From Takakia lepidozioides (Eukaryota > Plantae > Bryophyta): 64,000 nucleotides of DNA. Under the pieces are notes generated by a model, which saw nothing but the letters and a program-made list of their open reading frames with translations, made no database searches and was not told where the DNA came from. Where the stretch lies: assembly GCA_030704615.1 (NCBI GenBank), contig CM060731.1, positions 55,056,001-55,120,000 of the forward strand, given 5' to 3'. The position numbers and the translations under genes were made by a program. This document shows, piece by piece, positions 51,971 through 62,334 of the stretch. The first letter of the stretch is position 1. Every line of letters starts with the position of its first letter.

Positions 51971-54900
51971 CGAAGCAGAAGCAGCAGCGGCACAGGTGAT
52001 AAAATCAGGCACCTCGACCATGAGCACAGCTTCCGAAAGAGGACCAAGAGGGACGGGCTGCAATGCCTCTTATGGCACTTGTGGGCATGTGAGGATGCTC
52101 TGTGAGGCCGGGCGACTGAAAGAGGCTCTACAGACTTTAAAGCAAGGAGGCATTTCAGCAGATTCAGACACTTATATCTGTCTCTTGCATAAATGCATCA
52201 AGATGAAAGGGCTGAAAGCTGGGAAGCAGGTGCATGCTCACATTATCCAAAGTGGATTCAAGCCAAACGTTTTTCTAAACAACACCCTTGTCAACATGTA
52301 TATTAAGTGCGGGAGCATTGTCCTTGCTCATCAAGTGTTCAACAGAATGCCTCAACGAGGTTTGATCACGTGGAATATAATGATGGCAGGATTTACCAAG
52401 CATGGGTGTGGTCGGAATGCTTTGGAGACATATGAACAAATGATGCGGGAAGGGGTGAAGCCCAACCACATCACGTTTGTTTGTGTTTGCAATGCATGTG
52501 CGAGCCTGGCAGCCCTGGAAAAGGGTAAAGAGGTCCATGCTGACATTGTCAAAGCTGGAATTGTACCAGATGTCATTCTGAACAGTACCCTCGTGGACAT
52601 GTATGCCAAATGTGGGTGCATTGAGGATGCAAAGGGAGTGTTTGACAATATGGCTGAACGCAATGTGGTGTCCTGGAGCGCGATGATCGCAGGATATGCA
52701 CAGCAGGGGCGCGGGATGGAGGCTTTGGAGACCTACGAGGTAATGGTGCGGGAAGGGGTGAAGCCCAACCACATCACGTTTGTTTGCGTATGCAATGCGT
52801 GTGCGAGCCTGGGAGCTATAGAAAAGGGCAAAGAGGTCCATGGTGACATTGTCAAAGCTGGAATTGTACCAGATGTCATTCTGAGCACAGCCCTGGTGGA
52901 CATGTATGCCAAATGCCAGAGCATTGAAGATGCAATTGGAGTGTTCGACAATATGGCCGAACGAAATGTAGTGTCATGGAATGCAATGATCGCAGGATAT
53001 GCACAGCAGGGGCGTGGGATGGAGGCTCTGGAGACCTACAAGCAAATGATGCGGGAAGGGGTGAAGCCTGACCTCATCACGTTTGTTTGTGTTTGCAATG
53101 CGTGTGCGAGCTTGGCAGCCCTGGAAAAGGGCAAACAGGTCCATGGTGACATCATCAAATCTGGAATTGTACCAGACGTCATTCTGAACAATACTCTCGT
53201 GGACATGTATGCCAAATGTGGGTGCATCGAGGATGCCAAGAGCGTGTTCAACAATATCGCTGAACGAAATGTGGTGTCATGGAGCACGATGATCGCAGGA
53301 TATGCACAGCAGGGGCGCGGGAGGGAGGCTTTGGAGACCTATGAGCAAATGATGCGGGAAGGTGTGAAGCCCAACCACATCACGTTTGTTTGCGTATGCA
53401 ATGCATGTGCAAGCCTGGCAGACCTGGAAAAGGGCAAAGAGGTCCATGGTGACATTGTTAAAGCTGGAGTTGTACCAGATGTCATTCTGAACAGCACCCT
53501 GGTGGACATGTATGCCAAATGTGGGTGCATCGAGGATGCGAAGGGAGTGTTCGACAGTATGTCTGAACGAAATGTGGTGTCGTGGAGTGCGATGATTGCA
53601 GGATATGCACAGCAGGGGCGCGGGATGGAGGCTTTGGAAACCTATGAGCAAATGATGTGGGAAGGTGTGAAGCCCGACCACATCATGTTTGTTTGCATTT
53701 GCAATGCGTGTGCAAGCCTGGCAGCCCTAGAAAAGGGCAAAGAGGTCCATGGTGACATTGTCAAAGCTGGAATCGTACCAGATGTCATTCTGAACAATAC
53801 CCTTGTGGATATGTACGCCAAATGTGGGTGCATGGAGGATGCAAGGGGAGTGTTCCAGAGTATGGCTGAACGAAATGTGGTGTCGTGGAGCGCGATGATC
53901 GCAGGATATGCACAGCAGGGGCGCGGGATGGAGGCTTTGGAGACCTATGAGCAAATGGTGCGGGAAGGGGTGAAGCCCAACCACATCACGTTTGTTTGCG
54001 TTTGCAATGCGTGTGGAAGCCTGGCAGCCCTGGAAAAGGGCAAAGAGGTCCATGGTGACATCATCAAAGCTGGAGTTGTACCAGATGTCATTCTGAACAC
54101 TGCCCTGGTGGACATGTATGCCAAATGTGGTTGCATCGAGGATGCAAAGCAAGTGTTCGACAAAATGGCTGAACGAGATGTGGTGTCATGGACTGCAATG
54201 ATTGCAGGATATGCACAGCAGGGGCGTGGGATGGAGGCTTTGGAGACCTATGAGGAAATGATGCGGGAAGGGGTGAAGCCCAACCACATCACGTTTGTTT
54301 GCGTTTGCAATGCGTGTGCGAGCCTGGCAGCCCTGGAAAAGGGCAAGGAGGTACATTCTGACATCGGCAATGCTGGAGTTGTACCTGATGTTGTCCTGAA
54401 CACTACTCTGATGACAATGTATGCCAAATGTGGGGGCATCGAGGATGCAAAAGGAGTGTTTAACAATATGGGTGAACGAGATGTGGTGTCATGGAATGCG
54501 ATGATTGCAGGATATGCACAGCAGGGCCACGGGATGGAGGCTTTGGAGACTTATGAGCAAATGATGCGGGAAGGGGTGAAGCCTGACCACGTCACGTTTG
54601 TTTGCATTTGCAATGCATGTGCAAGTCTGGCAGCCTTGGAAAAGGGCAAAGAGGTCCATGGCGACATCGTCAAAGCTGGAGTTGTACCAGATGTGATTCT
54701 GAACAATACTCTCGTGGACATGTATGCCAAATGTGGGTGCATTGAGGATGCAAAGGGAGTGTTCAACAATATGGCCGAACGAGATGCGGTGTCCTGGAAC
54801 GCGATGATCGCAGGATATGCCCAGCATGGTTGTCATAGGGAGGCCCTGCAACTATTTGAAGCAATGCAAATGGAAGGCTTGAAGCCGGACAGTATCACCT

Positions 54901-55709
54901 TTATATGTGTTCTCTCTGCATGCAGCCATGCTGGCCTACTGGATGAAGGAAGACGCTACTTTGATTCCCTGAGTAAAGATCATGGTGTCACCCCGACAGT
55001 AAAGCACTTTGGCTGCATGGTGGACCTTCTTGGACGTGCGGGGCAATTGGATGAGGCAGAGGACCTCATCACTAAAATGCCAGTCAAAGCAGAGGTTGTG
55101 GTGTGGAAGGCCTTGCTTGGTGCCTGCAGAATCCATGGCAATGTGGAGATGGCTGAACGTGCAGCAACATCTGTTCTCAAGTGGGATGAACAGGATGCGG
55201 CAACTTATGTGTTGCTCTCAAATATCTATGCTGCAGCTGGCAGGTGGGACGATAGTGCGAAAGTGAGAAAAATGATGAAGGTCAGAGGGGTTAGAAAGGA
55301 GCCAGGTTACTGCTGCATTGAGGTTGGCAACAGGGTGCACACCTTTGTTGTAGATGACAAATTGCATCCCAAAATTAAGGAAATCCATACTGAGCTGAGT
55401 AGATTGTCTGGGCAGATGAAGGAGGCAGGGTATGTCCCTGACACCCGCTTTGTATTGCATGATGTGGGGGAGGAGCAAAAGGAATTTTCTCTTTGCCACC
55501 ACAGTGAGAAGCTGGCCATTGGTTTTGGGTTGATCAGCACAGCCCCTAGGACGACTCTCCGGCTCATCAAGAATCTTCGGGTGTGTGGTGACTGCCACAC
55601 CTCCACCAAGTTCATCTCCGCGATCGCTGGCCGAGCAATTGTTGTACGGGATAGTAACCGCTTTCACCACTTTGAAGATGGGGTTTGTTCTTGTGGGGAT
55701 TACTGGTGA
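51876..55709 (+). CDS. PLS-class PPR protein with E1-E2-DYW cytidine deaminase (organellar C-to-U RNA editing factor type); final exon
   Basis: L-S-(P-L-S)x8-P2-L2-S2 = 29 motifs. PG box KEPGYCCIEV, HHSEKLA, CGDCH, C-terminal CSCGDYW. The ORF-track start (TTG 51783) lies in the predicted intron. Confidence 0.97.
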   Translation: MHPRGPDLNPNITYDSLWIDSYQKAAWVDGQLEAEAAAAQVIKSGTSTMSTASERGPRGTGCNASYGTCGHVRMLCEAGRLKEALQTLKQGGISADSDTYICLLHKCIKMKGLKAGKQVHAHIIQSGFKPNVFLNNTLVNMYIKCGSIVLAHQVFNRMPQRGLITWNIMMAGFTKHGCGRNALETYEQMMREGVKPNHITFVCVCNACASLAALEKGKEVHADIVKAGIVPDVILNSTLVDMYAKCGCIEDAKGVFDNMAERNVVSWSAMIAGYAQQGRGMEALETYEVMVREGVKPNHITFVCVCNACASLGAIEKGKEVHGDIVKAGIVPDVILSTALVDMYAKCQSIEDAIGVFDNMAERNVVSWNAMIAGYAQQGRGMEALETYKQMMREGVKPDLITFVCVCNACASLAALEKGKQVHGDIIKSGIVPDVILNNTLVDMYAKCGCIEDAKSVFNNIAERNVVSWSTMIAGYAQQGRGREALETYEQMMREGVKPNHITFVCVCNACASLADLEKGKEVHGDIVKAGVVPDVILNSTLVDMYAKCGCIEDAKGVFDSMSERNVVSWSAMIAGYAQQGRGMEALETYEQMMWEGVKPDHIMFVCICNACASLAALEKGKEVHGDIVKAGIVPDVILNNTLVDMYAKCGCMEDARGVFQSMAERNVVSWSAMIAGYAQQGRGMEALETYEQMVREGVKPNHITFVCVCNACGSLAALEKGKEVHGDIIKAGVVPDVILNTALVDMYAKCGCIEDAKQVFDKMAERDVVSWTAMIAGYAQQGRGMEALETYEEMMREGVKPNHITFVCVCNACASLAALEKGKEVHSDIGNAGVVPDVVLNTTLMTMYAKCGGIEDAKGVFNNMGERDVVSWNAMIAGYAQQGHGMEALETYEQMMREGVKPDHVTFVCICNACASLAALEKGKEVHGDIVKAGVVPDVILNNTLVDMYAKCGCIEDAKGVFNNMAERDAVSWNAMIAGYAQHGCHREALQLFEAMQMEGLKPDSITFICVLSACSHAGLLDEGRRYFDSLSKDHGVTPTVKHFGCMVDLLGRAGQLDEAEDLITKMPVKAEVVVWKALLGACRIHGNVEMAERAATSVLKWDEQDAATYVLLSNIYAAAGRWDDSAKVRKMMKVRGVRKEPGYCCIEVGNRVHTFVVDDKLHPKIKEIHTELSRLSGQMKEAGYVPDTRFVLHDVGEEQKEFSLCHHSEKLAIGFGLISTAPRTTLRLIKNLRVCGDCHTSTKFISAIAGRAIVVRDSNRFHHFEDGVCSCGDYW

Positions 55710-56866
55710 AAATGGAAAGATGCAAGTCTCTGGTTTCATTCATTGATCTGTGTAGCTAATCAGTTCATCCTCCATTTCCTGAGAGTATTGACCATGATGT
55801 ACTGTTGACGGCATTTCCTATGGCATATCCACAGGACATGTTTGTATGTTTCTCGTGGTGATGCTTCAAATAGAGCCCTTGACTGACTTGCATGAATGTT
55901 TTCGAAAGCCAACCTTAACCCACCAAGATTCAATCCCATGGTGGCCACTTGAAAGGAGACAAAAGTGACTGTAATGGTATTGGGGTATTTTGTTATTAAT
56001 GGATGTGTATTGACTTGGATTTGCATGACTCCCTTACGCTAAATCATTGGTTTGTGCATTGAGTTCGATGGCCTACTGCTGTGGTTTTCAGATTCTGATG
56101 GACTGGAACAGGACAGAGTTCCATGATTTGGGTGAAGGTTGGGCGACAGAGTTCACCTACTCCACCCACTTCAGAACACAATTTCCTACAGTTTGAGACC
56201 AGATTTGGGAGCATGTATGAAACAATTGTGCATAGGTTCATGCAATGGTCTTCAATACTGCTAGTGTCCTGGGAGGCAGGTCTCTATTTCTGGCATTGCT
56301 CAAAGTGTTCACAGTAACTACTTACTTGGGCTGCCGATCTCAAACAAGCCGAAAGCTCTCCTACATATCCCCTTTAAGAAAAGTGAACTTTTCTCTTGCT
56401 TCCAGGACCCATCCAATGCAATGTATGATAGGCGGATCCCACATTTTTCAATGGTCAGAATCGCGTCTGAAGATGCAGGTTTGGGGCAATAATGATGATA
56501 CTTCATACACCTGGAGATTCATCCAGAGTGTGTTTTCTCCATCCAAGAACTCTCATACATAAAGTGTGGTAATTGCCATGCGTCAAGCGATCACACCATA
56601 TAATGGGTCGACCTGGCATCTTGCTGTCATCAGTGCTCCCCGGTACCTATATGGGTAACCGCAAATTTTTTTCTTTGTAATTCAAGGAGCCTCCCTGGCC
56701 GCAAGGTTCCCTTCCGCTTTTGGAAGGGTCCCTCAATTTGCGGGAAGTACCTTCCGTGTGTGGAAGGGTCCCCCTATTTGCGGGGCAAGGAGCGGGAAAG
56801 AAAAATTTCCCAGTTTTTCACGTTGGGGAAGGGTCGTTCCCACGGCCCTTCCTGAATTTTCGAGCA

Positions 56867-56884
56867 CCCTAAACCCTAAACCCT
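56867..56884 (+). repeat. Short interstitial plant telomere-type repeat (telo-box)
   Basis: ccctaaaccctaaaccct. Confidence 0.6.
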
Positions 56885-57449
56885 TCCCTAATACGTAACC
56901 ACCTTCCGTGCGGCAAAGAGTTGGTGGGTTATTCTCTTGGTCTGTGGCTCTAGGAAAACTAGAGTCCATGGCTAAGGTATGGTGGGATAGGCCCGGGTGC
57001 CCTCAACTATGGTGGCCTCTTTGCACCCGCGGTAAAAACGTCCATTCTGCACCTCTAACATGTGCCAAGTTAGTGAAAGAGGGCAAACGGTGCTCGACAG
57101 TCCTAGTGGCCCATTTGCACCTTATTCAATTTAATGATATCACCCAATGAATCAGGGGTTGCCTTGTTCCGGTTTCGGCTGGGGACGTGCGAGGAGAGTT
57201 TCCCGACAGTAGCGCCCCTAACCGGCCGGTTTTAGTCACTTGTAGCATTGCCTGCCGGACGTTCCATCCTGGCAACGTTCCATGCCGGCATGTGATGACA
57301 TGCGATGACATACATATAATATGTACTATGTACATGGGGGCGATGGATGAAATCAACATGGATGGCTGATGCGAGTAGCATGACTAACCGCATGACACTC
57401 ATGTACATGACAATGCCATTCTCCATGGCGGAGATTGTTTTACATACAA

Positions 57450-57590
57450 TTCTAGCGACGTCCGAAGGTCGAGAGCTAGTTTAGCGTAGAGCAGGAATAG
57501 GGTGCCATAGTGCCACGTCATCGTTGCCATGTTTCGTACGTCGTCAATTTCTTTCTATCTGCCCGGATTGCCCGAAAAATCCGAAAATAA
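57450..57590. repeat. Dispersed hairpin/CTAG element, copy 2
   Basis: Homologous to 9793-9910. Confidence 0.7.
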
Positions 57591-57779
57591 CTTCTTGAAC
57601 GGTACTTCGTTGAGACTGACCCTTTTCCTCCCTGCTTCTGTTTGATGTTCAAAGGAGAGAGAGAGAGAGAGCACAATGGCTACATAGGTTGATAAGGCCT
57701 GGCATTTAGAACAGGTTTAGATAGGTTTGGCAAGCTGGGTTGCTTCAGGATTATTGTTGGCTGGTGCTGGAGTCCAATG

Positions 57780-59889
57780 TGGGCTATTGGCTCCTGTTAG
57801 TACCATGATTCAGTATTCTTCGATGTTTACAAGGTTCTTGCGAGAGTCAGCTTGGTCTTGCCAAGCCGTGTTTCAATATCTGCCTCCTGTTAGTACCATG
57901 ATTTGGTATTCTTCCTGATGTTTACAAGGTTCTTGCGAGAGTCAACTTGGTCTTGTCAGGCTGTGTTTCAATCTCTGCCACACAACGTCAAGGACAATGT
58001 GGTGAGGGCACCTTCTTCTTCAACTTATTTCAGCTTGTTTTGCGTTCTCATCAGACTCGGCCCTGAATTTGCATATTGAATATGGTGTCTGCATCCAAGT
58101 TGTAGCCTTTCATTTGCCATATGTTGCAGTGGATCTGTGGTGGTTTGGAATGAATTTGACAAGTTAGTGCCGATGTGGCAGCAAGAGAGTATCCAAAAAC
58201 AGATAAGAGAGACGAGGAGAAGCTTTGGAATGAACACTTCTCCGACGCCAGTCAATTGTGGGACAATGGAGACACAAAGGTGAATGCCTGTTGGAAGCAG
58301 ATGCAAGTCAACATAGGAACTAGTCTAATAAGTATGGTTGGGGTGTTTGCTGGAAGAATTATAGGCTGTCATTGTATGTTGCTAGCAGCAAGGCAAGGAT
58401 GTATGCATGATTTGTGCAGAGGCATGGATAGCTGAAGGAACAGGGATGGAGTGTGGGTTCCCTCTCATCAGAACCGCCCTAAATTTTCATGTTGAATTCT
58501 GCAAGTTAGCTGGTTGAGTGAACCTTTGATAGTTGGAGTGACTTTGACATGATACTGCCAAAGTATCCAGAAACAGGTAAGAGAGACGAGGATAAGCTGT
58601 GGAAAGAAATATTTTTCTGACCCCAATCAATGGTGGGACAATCGAAGCAAAAAGGTGGATGCCTGTTGGATTATAGAGAGTAGCAGACGCAATGAGCATA
58701 GGAACGTTGAGTTGGGTGTTTCCTAGAACAAATCTAGGCTGTCATTGTCACTGTCACATAGAGAATGAACTAAGCTGTATCTCCGCTTAACCTCGGTAAA
58801 CTCGTGGAAGTCCCCTGATGAGGTCCCAGGTGCTCAGTTGACTTCACTTTGCAGCTTATCCTCAGATACATAGCAGAACAAGACTAGTGACATGACATAC
58901 GCAACCAACCGAATCGTCTTTGTAAACTTGATTCAAGAAACCAGTAGACGAAACCGCTACCTGCAGTCAGCTTGTTCCACGGGCTGCTAGCTGGAACACC
59001 AAAAAAAAGGATTAGAAGGCTGCACTTCCTCCACGTCCAATAAACCCTCCACTAGGTTCGACATCCACTTGAACCTCGTGTTCGATGGCGAGGACTTATG
59101 TCTCTCACCGGAGAAAGGTGAATGCCTGTTGGATTACAAAGAGTAGCAGACGCAATGAGCATAGGAACTAGTGTGATAAGCTGAGTTGGGTATTTCCTAC
59201 AACAAATCTAGGCTGTCATTGTCAGCTGTTAGCAACAAGGCAAGGATGAATGCATGATTTGTGTAGAGGCATGGATAGCTGAAGGAGCAGGGGTAGAGTG
59301 TGTGTACAGAATCATCCAAGAGGGGCAGATTTCAAGCACAAGATTACCTATGATTCCTTGTGGATCAATAGCTACAAGAAACCTGCACGGGTAGATGGTC
59401 AACTAAAGGCAGCAGCTGCAGCGGCACAGTTGATAAAATCAGGCACCTCAACCATGACCACAGCCTCTGGAAGAGGATCAAGAGAGGGAGTCCACAATGC
59501 CTCTTCTGGCACTTCTGGGCCTGTGAAGATGCTTTGTGAGGCAAGCAGACTAAAAGAGGCTCTACAGACTTCAAACCAACGAGCCATTTCAGCAGATTCA
59601 GAATCATACGTCTGTCTCTTACATAAGTGCATCAAGGTGAAAGGCCTGGAAGCTGGAAAGCACGTGCACACTCACATTATCCAAAGTGGATTCACGCCAA
59701 ATGTTTTTCTCCTCAGCACCCTTGTCAACACCCTTGAATGCTTTGGAGACCTATGAGCAAATGATGGGGGAAGGGGTGAAGCCTGACCACATCTCGTTTG
59801 TGTGCATTTGCAGTGCATGTGCAAGCCTGGTAGCCCTGGAAAAGGGCAAGGGCAAAGAGGTGCATGGCGACATCGTGAGAGCTAGAATC
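57780..59889 (+). pseudogene. Decayed paralogue of the PDF-PPR gene
   Basis: Intron homology to 51120-51500. EKLWNEHFSDASQLWDN at ~58215, DPNQWWDNRSKK at ~58620, NHPRGADFKHKITYDSLWINSYKKPARVDGQL at 59310, then L/P/L PPR pieces. A ~360-bp insertion lies at ~58750-59114. Confidence 0.85.
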
Positions 59890-60420
59890 CACTAGAAGAA
59901 AAATGTGGAATAACCACTGGCCCTTTAACCACTACTGTCTTTTTCCACAGACACTGGTTGGAAGTGGTTTCAACCACTCAGTGTAATAATTTGTTTTTAT
60001 TTATTAGTATTTATTTGGTAATACATTTTAATTAATAAATATAATATTCCACGTGGACGAGTGCAGTGGTACATTGTGAGTGGTTATAGACACCTCAGTG
60101 ATGGGAAGTGGTTGAAACCACTTGCTACTCTACGTGTAATAATTCAAAATTTATTTATGATTTATGATTTGGAAATATATTTTAATTAATAAATATAATA
60201 TTCCTCGTGGACGGGGATAGTGTGCACGTTGATCTTGAGTGGTTAAAGACACCTCATTGATTTGTACCACTTTGACAGTGGTGGAGAGTGGGTGATGAAA
60301 GATACGCAATAATTGGAACCACTATTCTAGTGGTTGTTCATGAGTGGTTGCCTACACAACAGTGATTGGTACCAATTTTTTGGTGATACATGAAAAATTT
60401 TAAGTGGTTTGTGCAGCTGT
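59890..60420 (+). mobile_element. CACTA (En/Spm) transposon left end truncating the PPR paralogue
   Basis: CACTAGAAGAAAAAT exactly where PPR homology stops, followed by many aaccact/agtggtt subterminal repeats. No right TIR was seen. Confidence 0.7.
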
Positions 60421-61389
60421 GACAGACTTTGAAAAACAGACAAGTGGCCAGACCAATCGGGCACATATCAGATCTTCTTCCATCATTTAGGGGATTCAAA
60501 CCCAGTCCAGTGGAGGAGAATGAAAGGTTTTGAAATGATTTTATCTGGGACTCAAACTCTATCTCAAACTCGCTACTTCAAGCATGGGAACCTCTTCCCG
60601 ATCTCAACATAGCACGAGAAAGGGAGCTAATGGGAAAACAATGATAAATGTTAACCGCTGGATATTGGTTGATCAAGGATAGCGATCCCCACTTCCCAAA
60701 CGGATGAATGACATGGATGAGGAGCAACATTCATGAGGACTTAAAACGGCTCATGTATCAATGTAAGTTGGTCATGTACCAGACTTAAGTTGGTCATGTC
60801 CCTGGATGGATGAAAGTTACAGATGGATGAAAATTATGAAGAAGAATGAAAATGGATGAAATCAGCGGACGGATGAGAGAGCACAGGCTGGATGAATTTA
60901 TAGGATGGATGCAAAAGGGATGACATTACCAGGATGGATAAAATCAGAAGTATCCAAGTTTGCTTGGCCAACAAGCTTCCCATTAAATTTAATGATTAAT
61001 TCCTAATTTTCCTATTGGCCCAAAAGAAGCATAAAAAGAGGCTTGGGGGAGTGGGAAACAAGTAGTATTAATCGAGAGAGTACCAGTGAGCGACTAGCAC
61101 GATGTAGAGAGCACGGTAGAGGGCAGCCATTGGAGTTGGAGAGCACAAAGATGGAGAGAGAATCAGTAGTAGTGAGCGATGGACTCGAAGTTACAACTAT
61201 TTTGTTCCAGATTTGCAATCGCATCTAATTTTTTCCGCTTTGTAATTGAGTGAAGTGATGACTTGATCTAATCAACCCTCTCGGAGTGTCAAGTGTAACG
61301 CTAATCTAGACAAAGGCTGGTAGGACGTCCAGTTCTTGTTTTGCTTTTCAAGTCTTTGGCTTTAGGATTCTGCTCAGTTGTTGGCAAAA

Positions 61390-61700
61390 TAGATCTGCTC
61401 TAGTGGGGTTCTCTTGACCTATTTCCATGCTAGTTCTTTCTGATAGCAGAGAATAAGGATAATTCTACAAATAGAACCTGACAATAGTGAAATCAGAGCC
61501 TTGTATCCTCATAAATTAATTTTTGAGATCGACTTCGTCATTTTTCATGTAGGAAAAAGTTCTCATTTCTTTTATACAAAATCGATCTGCTCTAGAATAT
61601 ATTCTTGGAAGCTTTCTATGCTAGTTCTTGTTGACAGCAGAGAATAAGGCTAATACTTCCAATAGGACCTAAGATTAGCCAGATCGGAGCCATGGATCAT
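61390..61700 (+). repeat. Diverged ~115-bp direct repeat (two copies, ~193-bp spacing) in probable TE sequence
   Basis: gatctgctctag...atgctagttct...agcagagaataagg...gagcc occurs twice. Confidence 0.6.
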
Positions 61701-62187
61701 AAAATATGAAGTTTTGAAGGTAGTTGTTTTTAAACTGGAGCAAAAAAAGTCTATGGTGTAGAATTATGTTTGGCTGATACGATTTGATCTATTTACTTTT
61801 GCTAGTAAGATATCTGAGTGAATTCTTCTTTGAGTCATAAAATTAAGATTACTACAGCACTAGAAGTTTGTGGTTCTAATTATTGCCTGGATTAAGAGAT
61901 ATTAATTTATAAAGTAGGCAGTATATGCTAGCAGAATTTGGGACTAGTCATATCCATGGCACTGATTCTGCAACGACATATATGTTTGAACGATTTGAGC
62001 TAAATCCTTTTTATGGACCTTGATTCACAAACTAATTCCAATATCTTGTTGAGTAAAGCTTAGGTTAGAGCTTCTGTTTTACAGCAAGTGAATTGAAGAA
62101 CCTAGTAGGGACTTATGGATTTTTTTAAACAGGGAATCATAACTGCCAGGCCATGTTAAAGAGTGAGATTTGACTATTGTGTTTAAA

Positions 62188-62300
62188 TTCTAGCGACGAC
62201 CAAAGGGCGGAAGCTAGTTTAGCATAGAGCAGGAATAGGGTGTCATAGTGCCATGTCATCGTCGTCGTCAATTTCTTTGGAACCTACCCGAAATGGCCGA
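62188..62300. repeat. Dispersed hairpin/CTAG element, copy 3
   Basis: Homologous to 9793-9910. Confidence 0.7.
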
Positions 62301-62334
62301 AAAGCAGCGCGAGGAAAGGATGTCCCTGCGTGTT

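Noticed and set aside
55300-55709. U-to-C (DYW:KP) editing subtype
   Set aside because: The domain has a PG box, HSE and a terminal DYW, consistent with the C-to-U type.
52275-55739. Many repeated minus-strand ORFs (MHPHLAYMSTR.., MDLFALF..)
   Set aside because: They are antisense shadows of the PPR repeats.
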